Source of the DNA: Candidatus Nanohalobium sp.
GTDB lineage: Archaea; Nanohalarchaeota; Nanosalinia; Nanosalinales; Nanosalinaceae
Direction: 5' to 3'
DNA length: 46,356 nucleotides
Assembly: GCA_042217555.1 (NCBI GenBank)
Contig: JBDGSL010000077.1
Span: forward strand, 8,521 to 54,876
Below the pieces are notes generated by a model. That model saw nothing but the letters and a program-made list of their open reading frames with translations. It had not been told where the DNA came from and ran no database searches. This document shows, in pieces, positions 19,801 to 28,636 of this stretch; positions within the stretch are counted from its first letter, which is position 1, and each line of letters opens with the position of its first letter. The position numbers were made by a program, and so were the translations under genes.

Positions 19801-21228
19801 AAGCCCATAGTATGTTCTTTTTTCCTGTTTTTCCGTATTAGTGGCGTATTTTTCGGTTTCTGATATTGCTGGGAAAACTCCCAATGATTGTAACAGATAA
19901 TTTAACTGTTCTATTTTCCTTTCGTTTGCTTGATGTAAGACAACCTCATTTCGGCGTACATCGGCTTCTAGAGAAATAAAGGCAGAGATAAATTCTTTTT
20001 TGATGTCTTCTTTAGAGTTCAAAATCCAGTTTGGGAACTTTACCGCTCTACCACGACCTGTTCCGATACCTAATAACTCAGAGAAGAATAAACTGAAGGC
20101 AGAGTCATTAATAGCGTAATCTTTCTCGTTTTTTCTGCTGAAATCTACAGAAAATTTCTCCTTAAATATATTCTGAGTTTCCTGAAGCAGTTGACCTCTG
20201 TTCTTTTGAGAAATCATTAGATTGTAGTTGTTGCTATAATCTCCTATAATGCCTTCTGCTGTGACAAAAGCCATTACTTTTGCTATTTCTCTATCCACAT
20301 TCTTAGGATACGTGAAGCTAGTGACATCTCCATTATTTTTTCTGACTAAAACCCTATTTTTTGGCATTTCTATGGCTCTGAAACGCGATTTCAGTTCTTT
20401 TAGAACTTGGTCAGACTTATAAGTTGTTTGACCGCTAACCAATCTATGAGCCGTTGTGAGTCCTATTGAAGTTTTTTCTGCCAAGTCTTGATATGATAAA
20501 TTTATAGCAGTCAAAGCCTGTTTAATTTCATTTTCACTAAGTTGGCTTAGACTATCTGCTTGAATTGTTCTTAACTTAATTGCTTCAAAATCTGAATGTG
20601 TTATAACTGTTTTAAACTCTTCAGAAACTCTATCTATGGCTTCTTGAACGTTTAAACTAATTTCATCCTTTTGTGGTAGGTTTATGCTTCGAGGCGCACC
20701 GATTTTATCGCCCTCTTCAATGTTTTTAGCAGGCACCCACTCCATTTTATCCTCTTTTTCCACTAAGAGAGGATGTTCAGGCGTAACCTCTACTTCTCGG
20801 CCATATTGAGTTTTGAAACAATACATTTTCCCGTTAAAGGATTCCTTGAAGACCCTTGATTTTTTGTTCTCTATATCCTTATTTTCATTCAGAGAGAAAG
20901 AGGAATAATTTGTTTCATGAAGTTGCCCGTCTCGATCTATATCAGCTATCTTATCATTTCTGCTCCGCCAGACATCTTCAGCATCTTTAAGAACAGCCCT
21001 CCCCTCTTTTTTAAGCAACAACGTAGTATCCGGCCTAACACATTTCCCAGAACCTGTGGGCGCACAGATAAGAGAGTTCTCGTGATTGTGGATGAGTTCG
21101 AAGGAGTATCTCTGTGGCGGGCTGAGATCCGGGAAGTTATCGTTGAACCACTCCTTCACGTAGGGTTCAAAGTCTTCTGGAAGAGTATCTGATGCATCTG
21201 GGTCTTCTGCAAATTTTATGTCTTTCAT
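16834..21228 (-). CDS. lhr: Lhr-family ATP-dependent helicase, intein-containing (about 897 aa after splicing)
   Basis: APTGSGK|...|TLSAF, SPLRALNND, ITTPES, DEIH, GLSAT, TSLELGVDIG, QRIGRSGH. Confidence 0.95.
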   Translation of the reverse strand: MKDIKFAEDPDASDTLPEDFEPYVKEWFNDNFPDLSPPQRYSFELIHNHENSLICAPTGSGKCVRPDTTLLLKKEGRAVLKDAEDVWRSRNDKIADIDRDGQLHETNYSSFSLNENKDIENKKSRVFKESFNGKMYCFKTQYGREVEVTPEHPLLVEKEDKMEWVPAKNIEEGDKIGAPRSINLPQKDEISLNVQEAIDRVSEEFKTVITHSDFEAIKLRTIQADSLSQLSENEIKQALTAINLSYQDLAEKTSIGLTTAHRLVSGQTTYKSDQVLKELKSRFRAIEMPKNRVLVRKNNGDVTSFTYPKNVDREIAKVMAFVTAEGIIGDYSNNYNLMISQKNRGQLLQETQNIFKEKFSVDFSRKNEKDYAINDSAFSLFFSELLGIGTGRGRAVKFPNWILNSKEDIKKEFISAFISLEADVRRNEVVLHQANERKIEQLNYLLQSLGVFPAISETEKYATNTEKQEKRTYYGLTIRGIPNLLKCLEKFDIIHPNLGKVRKHVEGNISGNYIGKHRFDYKKIRRLSQYFENDKAFKQEFGNIYEVVRRSGYITDQALEKLENKLESMDKAPYVSELRGEIQEIKDRNIMWLEVKEKETEPYNGDIIDLSVPELRNYIGGKGGLYLHNTLSAFLSGLNELFRKGREGELEDEVNILYVSPLRALNNDIKRNLEDPLEGIKQKAEEMGYDVPEVRSAVRTGDTTDAEKAEMRENPPHILITTPESLGIILNSPKFGQSLKNVEYVITDEIHSLSENKRGVHLSLSYERLEEMANTSPTRIGLSATQAPIDEIAKYLVGYEVNEDITVEEGEYGEITSAEEEKTEGYETRGCTIVDVAASKEIDLETISPVRDLIHTPAEEIQEAMYDQIHNLVQEHESTIIFTNTRSATERIVNNLQNRFPDFYEDNIGAHHSSMSREKRLDVEERLKKGEMRVGVTSTSLELGVDIGAVDLVLQLGSPKGVARGIQRIGRSGHKIGEKAKGKMIVTDRDDAMECSVLTKCAKEDELDRIQIPRNSLDVLAQHIVGMACNKRWNIEHAYNMVRKSYNYLNLSREDFDNVLKYLGGEYEELEDQNVYRKIWIDHEDQRFGRSGKMTQVIYMTNIGTIPDETGYDVKTRQGGDYVGQLDEEFLDRLTKGDIFTLGGKKYRFSYAKGMKVFVDPKPNASPTVPSWYSERLPLSYDLGTRIGEFRKQVKKQMEMGADDDAILQWIMHNYYLDEKTAEAIYGYIAEQYRFSGGVSTHENIIVEKYIDEDNRQNLIFQTIYGRRVHDALARIMAHMLQKRFGSNIGMVIDDNGFILITPRRPVDLDRLMDELVECDPEEELKNAIRKTELMKRRFRHVAGRSLMILRNYAGDSKTVGQQQMKGHFLLSAIRNKYDEDFPMVKETYREIMEDAMDINHAKEVIEGVKKDEITWELQETSIPSPFSHNLLLQGSTDVIKMEDRKERLQKLHQKVLDRIDDSN
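19342..21042 (-). mobile_element. Intein (567 aa) in the Lhr Walker A motif
   Basis: Starts CVRPDT and ends LYLHN followed by Thr+1. Block B VTPEHPLL; LAGLIDADG-like VMAFVTAEG and FISAFISLEA. Visibly AT-richer than the exteins. Confidence 0.95.
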
Positions 21229-21264
21229 GTCCTCTAGAAGTGTTCCGAGCTTTAAGTTTGTATG

Positions 21265-22086
21265 TTACCTGTCAAGAAACTGGAACATCTTGGCAGCCAG
21301 AGCTGTTAAAAGCCCCAGAACCGGTTGAAGGCCGAACATGGCAGCAGTTACAAACGGCACTACGAGGAAAAACCTTGAGCCGGAGAAAGTCTCTACGAAA
21401 AGGCTCTCTATCTTGGACGATATATCAAGTTCCCGGGAGTTAAACTCTTCGCTGACACGCCTGTATACCAAGTCAGGCACTTCTTTTTCAGCCTTCACAA
21501 GTGCTTCCCTCACCTCTGTAGATGGATCAGAGTAGTTCATGACTTTACGTACCATCAGCCTGGAGGAAAGCCGTGAGGTAGAGTTTACAAGCCTGAGCTG
21601 TGCATCTTTCTGTCCCTGAACCATTTTTGAAGAGCCAAACGTGTCCTGAGCTGTCTCTCCTATATCCTGGCCCATATCTGACAGTTTCTGCTGTTTGAAG
21701 GATGGATGAGCGGAACCGTACAGGAACAAGGCACTGCCAAGCACAAGACCTGTCAGAAGCAGAGGCAGCGATGTGGAACTGTAGAAGCTTCTGAAATCAT
21801 TCCCGGAGAAAACTGAGACAAAGACGTTTCCAAGGCCGTACATAACTGCTGTGACAGCGGTGAAACCTCCGACAACTGCAAAGATCAGGGAGGAAAGAGA
21901 GACAAGTGACGCACGTGAAAAACCGTCACTGGAGATGTATGCAGTGTAACCATAGAGTAAGGGAAGGAACAGAAGGCCTAACAGCGTTACAGGTTGAGAA
22001 AAGTCTACGAAGTATGCTGCTGACACTCCAAGTACGGAGAGAGAAAGTTCTATCCCATACTCCATGTAGTCGGTTTCAAGCCCCAT
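21265..22086 (-). CDS. Multi-pass membrane protein
   Basis: 273 aa with several hydrophobic helices. Confidence 0.7.
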   Translation of the reverse strand: MGLETDYMEYGIELSLSVLGVSAAYFVDFSQPVTLLGLLFLPLLYGYTAYISSDGFSRASLVSLSSLIFAVVGGFTAVTAVMYGLGNVFVSVFSGNDFRSFYSSTSLPLLLTGLVLGSALFLYGSAHPSFKQQKLSDMGQDIGETAQDTFGSSKMVQGQKDAQLRLVNSTSRLSSRLMVRKVMNYSDPSTEVREALVKAEKEVPDLVYRRVSEEFNSRELDISSKIESLFVETFSGSRFFLVVPFVTAAMFGLQPVLGLLTALAAKMFQFLDR

Positions 22087-22113
22087 AAGTAATCAGATGT
22101 GCATCGACCGGTT

Positions 22114-23046
22114 TTAAATCCCTGCAAGTTCCGACACCACTGCCCTGGCATGGTCCCTGTTTTCTGCTTCTGCTATGACCCGTCCTGAACGGAAGAAGGT
22201 TACCTCGTAACCGTTGTAAAGTATCCGTGTAAGATATTTGTTACCGGCGATCTTTTCACCTGCCTCTTCTGCATGCCGGATATGCTCCTCCTCTACTTCC
22301 TTCTTGATCTGGTACTTGCCTTCGCCACAGACATGGACTACTTCAGATCCACCGGAGAGATGTGGGTACTCCTCCCCTCCACAGACCTTACAGCTACCTG
22401 ATTCAACATCAAGGCAGCGGCCTTCAGACACCTGTTCAAGACATTCCGACGGTTCCTTACCTGCAAGATACTCTACAGCCTTCCTGCTGCTCGCTGCGGC
22501 TGCGGACTGAGCTACCTCCCGCATCACCCCTTCTGTCTCACATGTAGCCACTTTTCTCTGATCCTCTACAAGACAGTTGAAACATTTATCATCGAACAGC
22601 ATAGAGTACGCTCTTTCTGCGATTGCCGCAGTATAGATCCATGGAGTGCCGTTTCTCTTACTGAAGTCGTTTATCAACTGGCGTGTCTCCAGGTTGTCCG
22701 TGCCATCCATCACCAGGTCTACAGAAGATACCAGGCCAAGATTTGAAGAGTCCAGGCTTTCGACATGAGAATCAACCCTGGTAAACTCTTCCAGGATAGT
22801 TGCAGCGGCTTCAGCTTTCGGCAGAGCTTTCCTGCACTGTTCCAGGGTATAGAGACTTGAGGAGTATACATCCTTCTCCTCCAGGTAGTCTCTGTCAATA
22901 AGTACAAGTTCTACGCCGTGACGTGCCAGGTTTTCTGCCATTGCGGAACCGGTTGCGCCCACTCCGACAACAGCTACTCTGGAATCTTTCAACCTCTCCA
23001 GCTCCTTCTCTCCGTATCCTTCCAGCGCGGTAAACCTTGAGTACAT
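22114..23046 (-). CDS. ThiF/MoeB/HesA family E1-like adenylyltransferase
   Basis: VAVVGVGATGS, LIDRD, DGTDNLETR, CFNC and CKVC zinc motifs. Confidence 0.9.
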   Translation of the reverse strand: MYSRFTALEGYGEKELERLKDSRVAVVGVGATGSAMAENLARHGVELVLIDRDYLEEKDVYSSSLYTLEQCRKALPKAEAAATILEEFTRVDSHVESLDSSNLGLVSSVDLVMDGTDNLETRQLINDFSKRNGTPWIYTAAIAERAYSMLFDDKCFNCLVEDQRKVATCETEGVMREVAQSAAAASSRKAVEYLAGKEPSECLEQVSEGRCLDVESGSCKVCGGEEYPHLSGGSEVVHVCGEGKYQIKKEVEEEHIRHAEEAGEKIAGNKYLTRILYNGYEVTFFRSGRVIAEAENRDHARAVVSELAGI

Positions 23047-23103
23047 CCCTGAACATACTTGACACCCCTAACTGTTTAAGCAACCAGGTAAAAACATGAC
23101 TAT

Positions 23104-23940
23104 ATGAACAGTTTACTGCCTGCCGGAGTAAAGGAACACTTCACACAGCTCGGACTTACGATCAACGCCTCCACGATAACCGCTGCAGCTGTCTTGATAG
23201 CTGCCGGATGGCTGATAAACAGGTTATCCAACCGTTTCATAGACAGAACAGTTGAGAGACGTGGAGGAGATGAACACGCAGCAGTATCCGCGAAAAAAGT
23301 CACAGCATACCTCATCTACCCTGTCACGATAGTACTGGCCCTGGGAGCGCTCGGAATGCCGATATCCTCACTCGGTACGGCACTGGGACTAATCGGCCTG
23401 GGAGTGTCCTTCGCGTTAAAAGACATGATAGCCAACTTCATATCCGGGATACTGCTGCTTATAGGCCAGCCCTTCAAAGTCGGCGACCAGATAAAGGCAG
23501 CAGGAGAAGAAGGCACAGTACAGGACATAAAGATCAGAGCAACCGATGTAAGAACGTTCGACGGCAGAAAAGTTATCATCCCTAACAGCCAGCTCTATAA
23601 CGGCGTTGTCATCAACAATACGGCCTACGACCAGAGAAGATTCGAAGCAGTAGTCGGCATCGGATACGAAGACGACATAGAAACCGCCAGAGAACTCGCC
23701 GAACAGGCACTTGAAGAAGCCGAAAACGTAGAAAAGCAACCAGAACCACAGGTACTTGTCAACGAACTAGGCGGAAGCAGTGTCAACCTGAAACTGAGAG
23801 GGTGGGCAAAACCAAGCAAAGCCAACATGGTCCAGGCTGCCTCACAGGTAACACAGAACGTCAAAGAAAAGTACGACGAAAACGGTATCGACATCCCCTA
23901 CCCAATCAGAACCATCTACATGAACAACGAAGGCGAATAA
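23104..23940 (+). CDS. mscS: Small-conductance mechanosensitive channel
   Basis: GLGVSFALKDMIANFISG, PFKVGDQI, IIPNS, GIDIPYP. Confidence 0.93.
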   Translation: MNSLLPAGVKEHFTQLGLTINASTITAAAVLIAAGWLINRLSNRFIDRTVERRGGDEHAAVSAKKVTAYLIYPVTIVLALGALGMPISSLGTALGLIGLGVSFALKDMIANFISGILLLIGQPFKVGDQIKAAGEEGTVQDIKIRATDVRTFDGRKVIIPNSQLYNGVVINNTAYDQRRFEAVVGIGYEDDIETARELAEQALEEAENVEKQPEPQVLVNELGGSSVNLKLRGWAKPSKANMVQAASQVTQNVKEKYDENGIDIPYPIRTIYMNNEGE

Positions 23941-24047
23941 CTCCTTTTTTCTTTTCTATTTCTCAAAAACTCTCCAGTTAACTTACCCACAAAAGCCAAA
24001 TTTTATCAATAATTGCGGAGTTTGACAGGGAAAAATTTTCGGCAAAC

Positions 24048-24249
24048 AGAATAACAGACTTCACTGAGAAAGACGCTGAAAAAAGCAGCAGAATTCTATA
24101 GAAAACTTTCGAGCAGAGGTGAGAAAATAGGCAAGGCAGTTTATCTAATAGCTTCACAGGCTCATAACGAGGATCGAAAACTGGTTACCCGGGACTCGGA
24201 TTTTGAAAAGTTAGAGATTGAAACTTTGAAATACAGTCTGGCAAATTAG
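24048..24249 (+). pseudogene. C-terminal remnant of a VapC/PIN toxin
   Basis: Reads ITDFTEKDAE, then a frameshift in an A6 run, then KAAEFYRKLSSRGEKIGKAVYLIASQAHNEDRKLVTRDSDFEKL...*. No N-terminus or start codon found. Confidence 0.7.
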
Positions 24250-24303
24250 ACTTACCAGTTGCTCACCGTTTTCTTCTTAAGGCTTCTACAGGAAAATCTT
24301 GGT

Positions 24304-26100
24304 ATGCCAACTGAAGTTACAGCTGACAATATTGACGACGTGAAAAACTCGGACGAGTACTGGATCCTGGATTTCTGGGCTGAATGGTGTGTAAGTCCTG
24401 ACAGTGTCGTATATGCGAACGAAGCAGCCGTATCAGCAGGTTCTCTGGAGGAGAAAGGCCATAAAGTATTTTCTTTCAACCAAATTACAGGAGATATTGA
24501 GAGAAGTAATGTTTCAGAATTTGCGGAGACCAATACAGAAAATATGGCCAGACTAGTTACAGAAACAGGGCGGAGTCTAGAGGTCGCTGAAGATCATGAA
24601 GTATATACTCAGGAAGAAAACTGGAAGAAAGTTAAAAATCTGGATAGAGGAGAGAAAATAGCAGTTCTGCCTGTAGAAGATCAGGAATTTGAAACCTCCG
24701 AGAAAGATGAGAAGATACTAACTGGAAGCGACATAAGTAGCATTACCTCCGAAAGCATGAGGGAAAGAGATTACATTTCAGAATTAGAGGAAAAGAGGCT
24801 CCTGCCTTTAAAGTTAGATGAAGAAACTCTGCCGCTCATTGCAAGAATTACAGGTTTTCTTTTCAGCGATGGAACACTCTACTCAAACAGTTCAAACAAT
24901 CAAAGGACCGTAGAGTTCTCTCTAGGCAAAAAAGAAGATGTTGAAGAGTTACAGCACGGATTAGAAAAATTAGGATTCGACTCAAGGGCAGAGAAAAAAG
25001 AATCAAAATTTGAGATAGACGGTAGAGAAGTTGAAATGAATCTTTGGAGAGTAAGATGTTCTAAAACCTCTCTCTTCTTGCTTTTCAAGGCATTAGGAGT
25101 TCCGGAGGGCAGAAAAACTGACAAAGAATATGAAATACCAAGCTGGGTTATGGAAGGTCCAGAAAACATTAAAAGAGAGTTTTTAAGAGGATTTATCGGA
25201 GGTAACGGCCCTAAACCCGCCATAGGAACACAGGGGAAGAGAAAGGGAGACTATAACTCTTTCTTGATTAACGACCTAGAATTTCACAAGAAAAAAGAAC
25301 TAGGAGAAAGCGGCTTAAAATTCGGCAGACAGCTTGAAAAACTTTTCAACGAATTTGGAGTGACAGTTAGAAGTGTAGAAAAGGGCGATGAATTCGATAG
25401 AAAAGATGGAAGTAAATCAATTAAAATTAAACTCAAGATATCTGACGATCTAGAATCATTCTACAACTACACAAACAAACTTAGGCCTGCCTATGCCCAC
25501 ACAAAAGAGATAGAGTTCCTGAAGACAGGAGAATACGCAAGAAAAAGAATCAAGAAACATGAAGAAGCAAGTTCATTGAAGCAACAAGCTGCTGAAATGA
25601 GGGAAAAAGGACTTGAATGGGATGAAATTGCGGAAAAGATAGGGAAGAAAAAGCCAACAGTCTATGGATGGGTTAAGAAAGATAAAAACCCTCTACCTAA
25701 GAACGAATCGCTCTACAACGAATGGTTAGAAAAAAGAGAGTTTAGAGAAAATCAAAAACTACTAACGGAGAAAGTAGAAGAAATAGAGAGCTTAGAACCT
25801 AGAGAGACAATCTCCATGGAAATAGAAGGAACTCACAACTACTTCGCAAACGGCATCCTAACCCACAACTGTGGCCCTTGCAAAAAACTTGCTCCAATCT
25901 TCAAGGAAGTCTCAGAGGAAATAGAAGACGTAAACTTCGGCAAAGTCGACATGGAAGAACAGAGCCAGGTAGGAACACAGTTCGGCGTCAGAGCACTGCC
26001 CACACTACTGATCCTAAAGGATGGAGAAGAAGTAGCGAGGACATCAGGTGCGATGCCCAAAAACAAGCTGAAGAATTGGATCAAAGAGAATACAGCTTAG
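24304..26100 (+). CDS. trxA: Thioredoxin, intein-containing (104 aa after splicing)
   Basis: ATG at 24304: MPTEVTADNIDDVKNSDEYWILDFWAEW|intein|CGPCKKLAPIF...FGVRALPTLLILKDGE. Confidence 0.95.
   Translation: MPTEVTADNIDDVKNSDEYWILDFWAEWCVSPDSVVYANEAAVSAGSLEEKGHKVFSFNQITGDIERSNVSEFAETNTENMARLVTETGRSLEVAEDHEVYTQEENWKKVKNLDRGEKIAVLPVEDQEFETSEKDEKILTGSDISSITSESMRERDYISELEEKRLLPLKLDEETLPLIARITGFLFSDGTLYSNSSNNQRTVEFSLGKKEDVEELQHGLEKLGFDSRAEKKESKFEIDGREVEMNLWRVRCSKTSLFLLFKALGVPEGRKTDKEYEIPSWVMEGPENIKREFLRGFIGGNGPKPAIGTQGKRKGDYNSFLINDLEFHKKKELGESGLKFGRQLEKLFNEFGVTVRSVEKGDEFDRKDGSKSIKIKLKISDDLESFYNYTNKLRPAYAHTKEIEFLKTGEYARKRIKKHEEASSLKQQAAEMREKGLEWDEIAEKIGKKKPTVYGWVKKDKNPLPKNESLYNEWLEKREFRENQKLLTEKVEEIESLEPRETISMEIEGTHNYFANGILTHNCGPCKKLAPIFKEVSEEIEDVNFGKVDMEEQSQVGTQFGVRALPTLLILKDGEEVARTSGAMPKNKLKNWIKENTA
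24388..25869 (+). mobile_element. Intein (494 aa) in the thioredoxin active site
   Basis: Starts CVSPDS and ends ILTHN followed by Cys+1. Block B EVAEDHEV; LAGLIDADG-like ITGFLFSDG and FLRGFIGGNG; HTH-like WDEIAEKIGKKKPTVYGW. Confidence 0.95.
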
Positions 26101-26159
26101 AAAAATTTACTTCATTCTTCCCCTCTTTCTCCTTCCTTTCCTTACTATAAGACAACTTC

Positions 26160-27470
26160 GTAAATAACCCCTACCTTTCTTCGCTCAAGCAGTAGATGCT
26201 TTCGCTTCGGGAGGAAGGGGCTTTCGGGTGTTCTCTTCTTCAGACGAGGCAGGTGTCCTCTCAGAGTCATTGTTCCCCGAATCTTTCAGGCTTTTCTTGC
26301 CGTTGGGCAGATTTACAGAGCTACCCGCTTGCCCATTATTCCGCATGTAGCGTTGGGCGATATTACGACTTGCGTTAAGGTCTGCGTCCAGATTGAAACC
26401 ACATTCTACGCACTCAAAGAATCCTCCGTGTCTGTTGTCCTGAGAGATGTGACCACACTCACTGCACTCATTACTTGTATCCTGAGGGTCAATGTATTCA
26501 ACCTTCACACCTTTCAACGCAGCTTTGTATTCTATCTTGTCCTGCAAATCTCTGAAACTCCATTTGTGTACCCATTCTGTATTACTGCTTGAGGATTCTC
26601 GAATGTGCTTCAGGTTTTCCAAGACGATTACATCTCCTTTCTCTACAGAATCCACTATCTCACGGGATATGTTGTGGTTCTTCCAGTCGATAAATCGTTT
26701 CCACCGAGAACCCATCTCCTTTACACGGTTATGAGCCTCGTGTGTGCCTTTGGACTGGATTTCACCAACTTTCCTATCCCGTTCTATTCGTTTTTCTTTG
26801 ATTTCTGTTCCGTAGAACTGGTTGTCGCTTGTTACAGCCAGTTTGTTTACGCCGAGGTCAACACCGAGAACTTGGCTGTCACGGCAAGAACTCTGAATGT
26901 TGACCTCTTTAGCGAACACGAAACAGAAATAGAACTCTCCATTCTTCTTCAACAGTGTGGATTCCTTTACCTCACAGTCAAGGTATTTCTGGTAGCATTC
27001 TGGAACTTGTATGTCCAGCTTGATTCTGCCCTCAGTTGTCAGTAGTGAAAGTTCAGTCCATTCACTGTTTACGGAAGCACTTCGAGGGAAATTGTACCTT
27101 GGAGTGTATTCTTCCTTGACTTCTGGTTTAGAACCACTTTCTTTCACTGTTTCTATTGCGTGTTGGAGTATGTTGCAGGTTAGCTGTGCAGGCATATCAT
27201 ATTCTTCACGGACTTTGTAGTAGCACTCATCGTGGATATTACTTCTATACTGTATGTCATTTTCCCAAGCTGTGTCTATACAGAACTGTAGAGCCTCAGA
27301 GTATGCTTCGATTGTTTGCTGAAGCTCATCTCTTTGAGATAGCTTTACCTTTGCCGTGACAGCCTGTTCCATACAAAACCCTTCTACCTGAGTTTTTTAA
27401 GTGTTTCGGCAATCCTCCCACTACCTTGAATCAAAGATTCGAGGGAAGGGGAATCCTTGCCTAAAAGTTG
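26160..27470 (-). mobile_element. IS200/IS605-family, IS1341-type element (tnpB only)
   Basis: Left-end hairpin GGCAA...CCTTGAATC-AAA-GATTCGAGG...TTGCC at about 27408-27461. Right end AAGCCCC...GGGGTTATTTAC finishes at 26160. No tnpA. Left boundary is approximate. Confidence 0.8.
26185..27372 (-). CDS. tnpB: RNA-guided endonuclease TnpB
   Basis: RuvC-I LGVDLGVNKLAV, RuvC-II IVLENL, zinc finger CSECG/CVECG, RuvC-III DADLNASRNI. Confidence 0.95.
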   Translation of the reverse strand: MEQAVTAKVKLSQRDELQQTIEAYSEALQFCIDTAWENDIQYRSNIHDECYYKVREEYDMPAQLTCNILQHAIETVKESGSKPEVKEEYTPRYNFPRSASVNSEWTELSLLTTEGRIKLDIQVPECYQKYLDCEVKESTLLKKNGEFYFCFVFAKEVNIQSSCRDSQVLGVDLGVNKLAVTSDNQFYGTEIKEKRIERDRKVGEIQSKGTHEAHNRVKEMGSRWKRFIDWKNHNISREIVDSVEKGDVIVLENLKHIRESSSSNTEWVHKWSFRDLQDKIEYKAALKGVKVEYIDPQDTSNECSECGHISQDNRHGGFFECVECGFNLDADLNASRNIAQRYMRNNGQAGSSVNLPNGKKSLKDSGNNDSERTPASSEEENTRKPLPPEAKASTA

Positions 27471-27716
27471 AAAATATACCCGGTATTCTCCAAAAAGTAA
27501 GATATGAGGGAGTAGTACGGCGACAAGTTTAGGGAAGGCCGGAAATACACCGAAGTACTTGCAAACATAGAAGAACTGATAGAAACCAGGGAAGATGTAG
27601 ACGCCCTGTTTGAGGCCACAGCCAAAATAGGAAAAAGATGGCATGACGCCGATGGACACAATACACCTTGTCTCATCGGAAAACGATAAAACGGGGAGAG
27701 AACCTGAAGACTGTTA

Positions 27717-28217
27717 TCAGATATACGTTGTCCAGTCTACTTCACCGTAGTCTTCTTCTCTCTTTTCTACTTTCTCAATCAATTCTTCAACTGTTTCCTC
27801 CACGTTTTTATCCGTTGTATCTAATTCCACGACTTTTTCCTGTTTCTGAACTGCTTCAGAGAGGACTATATCAATCTTCTCCGACTCGATATTTTCCTCT
27901 ACTTTTCTATCTGTATAACTTCTCTTGGAAAGCCTTTCCTCCAGTATATCGGGTCGACAGCGGAGAACTATGCAGATATCAGCAGGGACGTGATGTGCTA
28001 GATGGCCTTCGATAACAGTGTCTTCTTCAAAGCTCTTTTCCTGTACTTCTTGCACCATCTGATTGACCCGGACTTCCCTCTCACCTTTTACTTTCTCTCC
28101 TATGTCGTTTTCTTCCAGGAACTGTGTCAGATGTACGACTTCGAAGCCTTCCTCAGCAAGTTTCCTTGAGACTGTGGTTTTGCCTGTTCCCGGCGTTCCT
28201 GTAAGTGTTATCTTCAT
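27717..28217 (-). CDS. AK6/Fap7-type adenylate kinase
   Basis: ITLTGTPGTGKTT, VIEGH, LRCRPDILEERL, KVEENIESE. Confidence 0.9.
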   Translation of the reverse strand: MKITLTGTPGTGKTTVSRKLAEEGFEVVHLTQFLEENDIGEKVKGEREVRVNQMVQEVQEKSFEEDTVIEGHLAHHVPADICIVLRCRPDILEERLSKRSYTDRKVEENIESEKIDIVLSEAVQKQEKVVELDTTDKNVEETVEELIEKVEKREEDYGEVDWTTYI

Positions 28218-28636
28218 TTTATCCTTTCCAAGAGTTCTTCAGCAGTGATTGCCTCTACTTCTTCGGATTTTCTCATGTCCGAGTCTTCTGTTACGATGGT
28301 GTATATGCCGTGGTTCTGTGCCGTGGCAAGATGCAAGCTGTCTCTAGGGTCAATCCCGGTTTCCTCCATAACTTGAAGGGATCTCGCCCCGGTTTCGGCC
28401 TCTGTAGAGACAATTTGAAGGTTCGGCATCCGTAGAAGCCTCTTACCTGCGTCTACAGCCCTCTCACTGTTTCTCTCCTTTTTCACAATCCAGGCCACCT
28501 CATCCAAGGTAAGAACAGAAGTAGCAGCTCTGAAATCGCCTTCCTCAAGCCGCTTCAGAACCTCTCTGCAGACCTCACTGTTTTCTTCCTCTGTCACAGC
28601 GTAAATGAAGATATTGGAGTCGATGTAGTACTTCAC
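28214..28636 (-). CDS. vapC: VapC/PIN domain toxin
   Basis: YIDSNIF, TSVLTLDE, PRDSLHLATA, IVTEDSD. Confidence 0.9.
   Translation of the reverse strand: MKYYIDSNIFIYAVTEEENSEVCREVLKRLEEGDFRAATSVLTLDEVAWIVKKERNSERAVDAGKRLLRMPNLQIVSTEAETGARSLQVMEETGIDPRDSLHLATAQNHGIYTIVTEDSDMRKSEEVEAITAEELLERIK

Noticed and set aside
24259..24303. N-terminal extension of thioredoxin given by the ORF track
   Set aside because: ATG at 24304 gives a normal 104 aa thioredoxin; the extension covers the probable promoter.
27480..27716. Short ORFs and an acidic plus-strand reading frame (YGDKFREGRKYTEVLANIEELIETREDVDALF) after the TnpB left end
   Set aside because: May be a gene fragment, but it is preceded by an in-frame stop and I cannot assign a family.
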